Assembly: GCA_001600815.1 (NCBI GenBank)
Contig: BCKZ01000001.1
Location: 2,194,158 to 2,214,157, forward strand
Direction of reading: 5' to 3'
DNA length: 20,000 nt
Source: Alloascoidea hylecoeti
Lineage: Eukaryota
The position numbers were made by a program, and so were the translations under genes. The notes under the pieces are model-generated. The model was given only the letters and a program-made list of their open reading frames with translations, ran no database searches and was not told where the DNA came from. The number at the start of each line of letters is the position of its first letter. Position 1 is the first letter of the stretch. Shown here piece by piece: positions 11,009-19,575 of the stretch.

Positions 11009-11854
11009 GAGCATATACAATTGGTTGGAATTTGCTAATTCTTTTTGAAGTTGATTATTTTGGAACTCTTAAATGTGGATTGCTACTATTATATGTTTTT
11101 CCATTAGATTGGAATTAGCCTATATTGACATATTTATATGGCTTATCCTAAGTTTGAATTCTCAACATGTACAAATATGTGGAATTGGTTTTTTGATTAT
11201 ATCTTGTTCCCAGTATTTTGAGGGGCCTCCACTAAATACAAATGTTAGCCTGTGTTTCATTGAAGCACATATCTAGTTAATCATATAAAGCTGAATCACC
11301 TTTAGTCAGGTTTGATATAATTAGTGATTTTAGTCGTGAGATTCATAGCGAGTTCGCTCATTTCAAGATAAAAGTCTATATTTAAGTTAATGAAGAAACC
11401 TCATCCTTTCAGGCTAATAGATTAATTCTTCCTCAATATTTAATGATAATCATAGAAATACATAACTCATTTTTTATAACAAGTTTTCCACACGCACACT
11501 ACGTAGTTCGTCACTAAACATCTGCTCATGAATATCGATTATCGATACTGGTAGATTTAATGATGCATTTTACACTAGTAAATATGCAGGGTCTGGTATC
11601 AGAAATAGTCCAGTAAGGCCGATCGATTAAAGCTGCAGTTGTAGAAGATGGAGGATATTTCCTTTTGGGTGTGAATTCGAAGCACTGTGAACAAAGTGGA
11701 ATTACAAAGTTCTAAATACAACAAAGCCCAAGTAATTGAGTTCGCCCCATATAATGTGTGTATACGTGCATAATTTCTTCAATAAAGCATCACATAAAAT
11801 GTCAACTGCGACTTATTTACATTTAAAGATGAATATCAACTATGAAAAAGTACA

Positions 11855-12781
11855 TTATTTCTTTTCAGCGTTAATCTCCTCTTTTGTCTCCTTCTTCTCG
11901 GTCTCCTCCTTTGTTTCTTCCACCTGAGAATCGACAGCAACACTAACAATAATCTCCCTGTTGCTTACAGTCTTTCCATTAAATTCCTCAATCACCTTCT
12001 TTTGGACTTCTTCACTTCCAAATCTAACAAATCCAAATCCACGCCCATTAACTGGTCTGTTTTGCTCCCTTAGCTTCTTTAAAACAAAAGCAGGAACTCT
12101 CTTCTTAGGAACATATGCCCACACAGGTTCATACTCTGCGAATACTGACAACAAATCTTCTCTTGTGACTTGATAGTCCAAATTATTGACGAAAATTGTT
12201 GTCTTGGATGGTACTCCATCGCTTGGAGGTCCCTTTTTTCTTTCTATTTTCTCTTTAACCTCTTTAGGTTTGGTCTTTTCTTTGTTATCAACTGATGCCT
12301 CCCTTTGAGGTTGAGGTTCAGATTGAGGCTCTTTTTCCTTCTTCTTAGGTTCATATGGTTTGGCTTTAACAACTGAAACAACTCTACCCTTTAATTCCTT
12401 ACCATTAAATTCCTTAATAACCTTCTCGGCTTCTTCTTCGGTCTTGAAATCGGCAAATGCAATTCCAATTGATCTTAGGATAGTCTTCCCATTCTTGCTT
12501 GTAAACTTTTTGAGTGGGATAATAACTCGTGTGCTATAACCAATCAAGTTAGTGACTCATCATTAATAACCTCTAAGGATTCAAAAAAGTGAAAATTGGG
12601 AATAAGAAGTCGGAAATTGATGGATAACTTACGTTTCATGACCAACTAAAAACTCAACAATGTCATGTTTTCTTACTGAATAATGAACATTTCCGAAATA
12701 AACCCTGACATCCGATGACGATTCATGGTCAATGGATTCGTTTGTTTCTGAGACTTTGTTTGTGACTTCTTCGATGGACAT
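11855..12781 (-). CDS. Two-RRM RNA-binding protein (Sbp1/Rrt5-related fungal RNP family); exons 12781-12633 and 12533-11855 (275 aa)
   Basis: A 99-nt intron (GTAAGT...CACTAAC...TAG) joins RNP2 RVYFGNVHY to RNP1 SIGIAFADF of RRM1. RRM2 has GPPSDGVPSKTTIFVNNLDY and GRGFGFVRF. Confidence 0.85.
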
Positions 12782-13047
12782 TTTTTTAAGATCAAAATTT
12801 TCCTATTTTAAAAAGTAGCAAGGAGCAAAGGAAAGGAAAAGGAAAAGAAAAAGTGAAGGGGAATTTATCACTTTTTGAAAATTGGCCACCACTACACAAC
12901 CGAACAACCATTCTACATTCAACCTTAATCTTTTACCAGTACTAATTACGACAAAATTAAGAGCAAAAATTATATACAATGCCATGCGTTTTTTATATAT
13001 TTGCTTTTCTATTATGAGTATTATTTTAAAACGATACAATTTAATTT

Positions 13048-13709
13048 TTATCTTAGCTTGTAAAATAATTTAGGGGCTGCACATTCATTAAGACAATGAT
13101 GTAAATGGAAACTGAAAATTTCATAGTTAGTACTTGCTCACTTCATGCAATCAATCAATCAACCAATCATTTCTTCATAACTTACAATTCCTCCACACAA
13201 TCTATTAAATAAATCATTAGTTAATTATTGTTTCTTATTTTTAATTCTTTTTTTGATAACTTACCTTCTTTATAATGTTTGTGAGCATAATCTGGCTCTT
13301 CCATCTCAGCAGTAACTCTCTCAACACATTCTTCAAAATGATGTTTGAATGGTTTACAAACTGGTGTCTCTGAGCATTCTATTTCAATGAAAACCAAATA
13401 TTAATTTCTTTATCATTTACTGCGTCGTTTTGAATGTGTTGACATACCTCCACGTAAAGCATCTAATGGATCAACAAGCTCATCTTCATCTTCATCTTCA
13501 TCTTCTTCTTCATCCTCTTCTTCTTCCGATTCGGCTTCCTCTTCTTCAACCTAGCATTTCATTTATTCTTGTTAAATCTTTAACTCCAAAAATCTTAATC
13601 CATCTTATTGTAATTTCCAACAAACCTCTTCTTCTTCTGAATCAGCTTTTGCAACAGTTGGAATAAAAGCGTCAACAATATCACTCAAAAATTCAGTTAT
13701 CGACTCCAT
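13048..13709 (-). CDS. QCR6: Ubiquinol-cytochrome c reductase hinge subunit; exons 13709-13626, 13550-13448, 13378-13265, 13201-13186, 13111-13048 (126 aa)
   Basis: Four GT-AG introns (75, 69, 63, 74 nt). Spliced protein has an acidic E/D tract then LVDPLDALRGECSETPVCKPFKHHFEECVERV...EDCVEEFFHLHHCLNECAAPKLFYKLR, the hinge-protein signature. Spliced length is 381 nt. Confidence 0.96.
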
Positions 13710-13810
13710 TGTGTGTTTTGCGGGTTGGATTTTTCGCGAATAGTAGAAACAGAAAGCAACAGAAAACTACACAGACGATTGAAAATTAAAGGATTGGAAA
13801 CAAAATGTTG

Positions 13811-13840
13811 TGATTGGTTAAAAATTAATAGTTACCCGGA
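13811..13840. promoter_or_regulatory. QCR6 promoter elements: CCAAT box (TGATTGGTT, 13811-13819) and Reb1-type site (TTACCCGGA, 13832-13840)
   Basis: About 100-130 bp upstream of the QCR6 ATG. CCAAT/Hap control is established for yeast respiratory-chain genes. Confidence 0.5.
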
Positions 13841-14837
13841 CTACCAACATCCGTATACCTATGAATACTCACTAGTGTGTTCTCACTGAATGCTCCATCT
13901 AATATCTACCATTTGCCAGTTACAAAGTTATGGATGCCATTGAATCGTATCAATAGAGTCATATATGGATCAATTTTTCACTGAATGTGGTATTGTCTAA
14001 TATAAAATGAATGTTTCTACAGGGTCAAACCATGTAAAAATAGAGCGTGGGTAGGAGTTTGAATACATGTCCATTGTCCAACCCTATTAATATGATGTTC
14101 AATAATTTCGGATTCTGTGCTTAAAGAAATTTCATCATTAGTATAGTTAGCTGTGACAGACCAAAGACGACCTTTCCTCGGACTATCCAAATAACTTTTG
14201 GTTTATATCCTTTGATACAGAATCCTTGTTATCAAATTCACTTTTGAAACCTTTTTTTCCAGAATATTTCCTGAATAATGTTACATGTTGTATCAGGTAT
14301 CGCTTTCACATTACATATTGTGGGGAATAGGCATATCAGTTATCACTGATCGCCATTTTTCTCATTAGAACTCACTCCGATGGAATTGCCCCACTCGATT
14401 GTTCTTATTATGTAGACCAATAGTTAGATAGCACTTCATTTCCCTTTAGAAAAGAAGGAAAAAGGAAAAAACAAATTAAGAAGGTTTAATATTACAAGTT
14501 TTATTCATATATTTTATATTTAACAGAAGTCTGTTACTTATCAACTTTTTCTCATATCCTTGATTTTATGCATTAAGTTAGTGAACAATAACATTTGGAG
14601 TATAAATCGAGAGTACACTAAATAAGAAGTTTATAATTCTCACAACATATGCATAAGACACTAATTTTCAAGTCAGTGCTACTTTCCATAATAGTTAGCT
14701 GAGTGCCTTGGTGTATTAATCAGTAGTATATGCCTCAAATTAATTGGACCTCGTTTTGGAAATCAATTAAAATACTTTCTGGTAATTGGTTTTGGAGAAA
14801 CTTATCTAGACTGTCCTTATAATAATAATGAAAAATA

Positions 14838-15825
14838 CAGTAATTTGCGTGAATATCGACCACTTTTTAATACAGTTGCGATAATATTCCTCAACAAGTC
14901 AAATTAATAAGTCAGCCAGGAGGGGTAGTGATATTCGACCTCGTTACATGATAATATTCGATACTTTGATCGAAATATTAGGTCACTTCATGCAAAAAGG
15001 TTCGACCAGTTCTTGAATAAACTACTTTAATTAAATATTGGGCTGCATCATGCATATTTCGGTCGCTTAGCACTTCCTATACGGCCACCCTCTAATTTAA
15101 ATATTCGGCCAAACGTTGAATTAGTATTCGACCATGCTACTCACAAATATTAGACCAGTTCAGGGCCTACACTAATTTTCGGCCACCTACTGCGTACTAT
15201 CTCGACTACATTATCTGGCCATGGGAAGTTATTAAAAAAAGATTTAGAAGCTCATCTTTAGAGAAAAATAAGTCATTTGAAAAAGGAATCATGGAAGCAG
15301 CATTGAAAATCCCCTGTAGAACAATATTACAAAATTAAACCTACTGCCATGTTACTGCCATGACTGAATTCATTTTTAAATCTCTGAGAAATAAAAATTT
15401 TTAATTGTTAACATTAATAGAAATAAATATAATTCATTATACCATAATTATATACTAGCTTTGAATAAAATGTATAATGTATGTTAATAAAAATATTAAT
15501 GTGTTAAATATATGATCAACATGTAATTCGTTGAAAGTATGGGTGGACAAAAATTAGTGTAAGTTAGCCGAATATTAACCCAATCTGTAGTCGAGTATAT
15601 GATTCATAAATTTCCCTAAATATTACCCTTCCCTTGGTCGAATATTTAGCTGAGGAAGTGGTCAAACCTTTATGCAAGACGTGGCCTAATATTTAATTCA
15701 AAGTGTGGTCGAGTATTTGCTGTCTCATATGGTTGAATATTATTATATCGCCTGGTCTATTTATTAATTTAACGTGTGGAGGAATATTTAGGTCAACAAG
15801 TGGTCGATATTTACTCAAAGTACTG
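14838..15825. mobile_element. Non-autonomous Tc1/mariner-superfamily DNA transposon (MITE or internal-deletion derivative), 988 bp, with long modular inverted arms
   Basis: TA at 14836-14837 and 15826-15827 flank the termini CAGTAATTTGCGTGAATATCGACCACTT and (reverse complement) CAGTACTTTGAGTAAATATCGACCACTT, 25/28 identical. Inverted similarity continues inward through arrays of AATATTCGACC-like sub-repeats. Confidence 0.85.
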
Positions 15826-16141
15826 TATTAGGGAAATTTGATAGTGCAGTGTGGGTGACAAATTGGTAATTAATTAGTCATATGTTGGTCTTGAAATTGA
15901 AAATTATTTAACTAATTCCCCTGAAAATAATTAGCGCTTAGTTATTAAATGTTTCAGTGTTCCGTTTGAAGGAGGATCAGACATCTCTCAGACAATTAAC
16001 CAGTGCATACAGGTCAGTAGTTGCGTGCAAATTATAATTAGCATCCTATGGTGCTCGGTGAAGGAGTTAATTATAATCACCACCCGGTAGATTGTTTAGA
16101 CCATCTTCCAATTCATTAAAATACTTTATTATACAATCTTT

Positions 16142-16640
16142 TGACGAATTTAAGTGCTTTTCTATTGAAGTAAAGTAATTTAAATATTAATAAGAAAGAG
16201 GATAGAGAACTAAATAGTCCTTTTTATATTAATTTTAAGTATATAAGTATATAAGTTATTTATAAGAATATTAGATAATAAATCGCAGTTTGTGAGAAGT
16301 ATAATTCACATTCTCAGAACTTTGATACATTCAAGAATTTTAAAATAAAATAAACATAAAAAATAGAAGTAATTTCTAGTTCAAAGTAAATAATTTTCAA
16401 TGATATAAAAATATGATAAAAAATAAGTATTTTTTAAATATGATAAAAATATGATAATTATAAAATAAGTAGAATAAGTATATTTTCAATAAGATATTTT
16501 AAGATAATAAAAATAAAATTTTGTTTCAAATAAGATAAATATAATAGAGTAAGATAAAAATGAATAAAATAAGATAAATAAGATAAAATTTCAAATAAGT
16601 AATAAAGATTTTTAATTCATGATTTTATTAATAAGTAAGT
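16142..16640. repeat. AT-rich TAAG/ATAAG-rich module A, related to 19575-20000; boundaries approximate
   Basis: Near absence of C on the + strand over 16340-16640, many TAAG units, and an ordered motif series shared with module B. Confidence 0.5.
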
Positions 16641-16814
16641 AGTTGATTATGATCTAAGTTCTTTGTTAATTGATCTGCCACATTCATGTTGGTTTGCATA
16701 TAATATAACTCAATTTGTTTGTTTTCAACTAGTTGACGTGTAAAAAGGTATTTTATTTCAATATGCTTATTACGACCAGAACTATGAGTTCCCATCATGA
16801 GTGTAGATTGATTG

Positions 16815-17013
16815 TGTTATAGTGGCGGATTAATCGTGATACTAGTCTTACTGTGTATTAGTAGATAATAGTCCGATTAAAGCTTGATCTTCCTCTGACA
16901 AGTGGAACACAAGTCCTTTTATCGTCGGGAGATGATCACATGTTACAAGATTTTCCCTAAGAGATCCATAAGACATGTGACCAGCTTTTCCATACATGGT
17001 CGAGTATGTAACA
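16815..17013 (-). repeat. 3' LTR (about 199 bp) of the Ty3/Gypsy element
   Basis: On the minus strand it starts TGTTACA immediately after the PPT and plausibly ends TATAACA at 16815 (TGTTA...TAACA inverted termini), with internal TATA-like GATAAAAGG and AATACA. The 16815 end is less certain. Confidence 0.65.
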
Positions 17014-17024
17014 TCCCCCCCCTT
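17014..17024 (-). other. Polypurine tract of the LTR retrotransposon
   Basis: Minus strand AAGGGGGGGGA directly abutting TGTTACA, downstream of the integrase stop. Confidence 0.8.
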
Positions 17025-17190
17025 ATGTTCACTGGCAGTGTGAAGAATCAAAAACACTATCTAGCTAAAATATCAATAAAATAAACAAAAATAAATAAAA
17101 GTTCAATAAAAGTTCAAAAACAATTGTCACAATAGACGGGATAACAAGAGAAAAACAATTAAGGTAGATGAACAAATAGAAGGTGCAATA

Positions 17191-19575
17191 TTATTTTCTG
17201 AACTTGGTAGAGTTCATCAAAGTGTGAGCTTTGCTGTAATCCTGGACCAGTTCGCTTGCTGTCTTTTCTATATTACTCTTTCGTTTCCATTGCTTGGTAC
17301 TATCTGCAAACTCGATTTCAAACAAATAGCCCCTAGCCTTCTTCTTGTGGTCGTGAATCTTGATCACTTCCATTGATTCACTATCCTTATACTTCTTGAA
17401 GACTTGTGCCCGTGCCGCAGGTGGTACAGGTCCATTATAGCCCTCTTCTGGCAGTATTTGGCGTTTAAGTTGAGAAAAGTGAAATAGATTTGGCCGTTTA
17501 CAAGATTTTGGCAAGTCGATGGTAAAATGGACTGGTGAGTTCTTTTCAGTTATCTGGTGTGGTCCTGTAAATTTAGATCTGAGNGATCGATCTAATTCAC
17601 GATTGTTGACGTCTCCTGAAGCTTTCAGAAGATTTGCCCTAACGTAAATACGATTACCTACCTCAGATTTGACAGTATCGTATCGCTTATTGGTTCTCTC
17701 TTCCATCGCGTTGAAAGCTGCCTTCGCTGTTCTGTCTGCTATTTCTAATTTTGATCTTATGTCGTAGACGTCACGTAGTGTAATATCATTGCTTTCGGAT
17801 TCAGGAAATAGATATTGCTCGGAACCGGTCGGGACATATCCGAGATCAACATCTAAAGGAGACTTGTTCTGTAGGGAGATTGATGGCGAAGAGTTGAGAA
17901 CAAACTCCGCATACGGTAACAGAGAAATCCAATCCTGCTCCTGGGCGTCGGTATACAGACGTAAGTATTCCACCAAGGATCGGATATGTCTTTCCACAAG
18001 GCCGTTGGATTGATGCTGGTCCGTCACGGAAGTTCGTTGCTGGATGTGAAAGGTTTTGAAGAATTCTTCAGTCAATCGATTAACAAACGGTGGACCTAGA
18101 TCCCAACGAATCACACAGGGGGAACAGCTTCTTTTGGAGAATGTCACAAAAATCTTGTGCGTTAAAGTTGGAATAGACAGGGAAAAAGTGAGTCAATGGC
18201 CCATGTCTGCCACCTTCCTCTACTTTTCTCCATTGGCTGGGTGTTTTCTTGTTTTTGCGGGTGTCCTTTGACTCTAGCATATTTAACACATTGTTGCACA
18301 CAAGGTTTGATGATTTTGCGCATACCGGGGAAAAAGTAACGGCGAGTTAACCATTTTGTTAGTTTGTTGATGCCTGCGTGTCCGCCCAATAGCGAGTTGT
18401 GGTAATGATTAAGGAGTTGTTGTCGAACATTTCTTGACACACAAAGCCATCCATTCTGATAATAAAGGTTGTTTTTTGCCTTGCAGTCCGGGTAATTATT
18501 ATGGTTATCTAAGTATTTTTCAAAGAATTCATCCTCTTTTTTCCTGATTCAAACCTTTTGTTCAACTCTTCATCCATCACATCTGAAGTAAGCCTTGTGT
18601 TGATAGCTACGCTAGATACTGGCTTCTCCCCCTCTCTTTCTGTTAGTAAATGATGCAGGCGACTAAGATAGTGAGCAAATACATTAGGTTTGCGTTCGAT
18701 GAAGTGAAGTTCAATTTGAGCTGCAGTCAATGATATTGACTAATTCAACGTTGTTGTTTGCTAGTCAAAGTGGCTGAATTGAACAACTGGGCAAGAGGTT
18801 TATGATCGGATTCACAAATGACTGTTTTGCCAGAGCTGAGTAAATACGAAAATATATCTAGTGCGAAAGTGATGGCATACAACTCTTTTTCCAAGATCGG
18901 CCAGTTATGTTGGAAATCGTTGAGGGTCATAGCCCTGCATGCGACTGGTAAGTATTCTCCTGCTTCGTCTTGTTGTAATAGAGCTGCCCCGACACTGTAC
19001 TGACTTGCATCACAGCATATCTTGGTTGGCCTGCTGCTGTTAAACGTGGATAAGGTAATGAATTTGGCAACTGCTTCCTTGAGTGTTGCTTATGTTTTAA
19101 CTTGATCTTGATTCATTATGAATCTAACGATCTTTTTTAAGAGGCGATGTAGAGGTTCTGCGATAGAGGAATAGTTGGGTATATGCGTTCATACGTAAGT
19201 TGTTAATCCCAAGAACCGTTGCAATGATTTCTTGTTCTCTGGTATCTAGGATTGTCGTATTAATTCAATTAAGATGTCACTGGGTACTACTGAAATAGAA
19301 CCTTTGTTGGCTGTTAAGGTGTGACCTAACCATTTGACTTTTTGCTGAAAGAAATGACATTTGTCCTAGTTCAGATGTAACTTCGCATCTTTAAATGTCT
19401 TCAGAACTCCAGTAGGATGTTTGATATGATCTCTTATATAGTTACTACATATGAGACCATCATCAAGTTCGACACGAACATAAGACTCGTGATTTTTTAA
19501 TAGTCTTGCGATGGCTCTTGAGAAGATATCAGGGGCAGTTGGAATCGTGGTTGTGATCTCATTAAGCTGACGATA
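17191..19575 (-). pseudogene. pol: pol pseudogene (RT, RNase H, integrase, chromodomain)
   Basis: RT: YRQLNEIT, TAPDIFSR, VELDDGLI (YxDD damaged), KCHFFQQKVKWLGH, LQRFLGL. RNase H: CDASQYSVGAALLQ, EKELYAI, SDHKPL, NVFAHYLSR. Integrase: HNSLLGGHAG, WQTWAID, QSNGLVER, KFTGPHQI. At least four in-frame stops in RT, plus frameshifts and deletions. One N at 17585. Confidence 0.93.

Larger units (their letters stand above)
16815..19575 (-). mobile_element. Degenerate, 5'-truncated or interrupted Ty3/Gypsy (chromovirus-like) LTR retrotransposon
   Basis: Domain order RT-RNaseH-integrase-chromodomain, then A/T-rich 3' UTR, PPT and LTR. Gag, protease and 5' LTR are not seen in the window. Confidence 0.93.

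Noticed and set aside
13430..13666. 78-aa + strand ORF with HLHLHL repeats
   Set aside because: Antisense shadow of the acidic GAA/GAT tract of QCR6.
14045..14075. B-box-like GTTTGAATAC suggesting a tRNA gene
   Set aside because: No cloverleaf or A box could be built around it.
14838..15825. CRISPR-like array of regularly spaced repeats
   Set aside because: Repeats are about 11 bp and degenerate, spacers about 11 bp, arranged as two inverted arms with TA flanks in a eukaryotic context with no cas genes. A transposon structure explains it.
16330..16640. RIP-like hypermutation as the cause of the TAAG/TA-rich blocks
   Set aside because: The adjacent pol relic keeps normal GC content and plentiful CA/TG dinucleotides, and the AT-rich blocks are strongly strand-asymmetric, unlike typical RIP products.
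16935..16981. Point-centromere CDEI matches (ATCACATG and reverse GTCACATG)
   Set aside because: Both lie inside the LTR, with no adjacent CDEII AT tract and no CDEIII CCG motif at the proper spacing.
19365..19410. Alternative CUG decoding (Ser or Ala clade)
   Set aside because: The few CTG codons inspected fall at Leu-appropriate positions (RT VLK and LHLN, HRD3 signal peptide). There is no sign of reassignment, though the sample is too small to be decisive.
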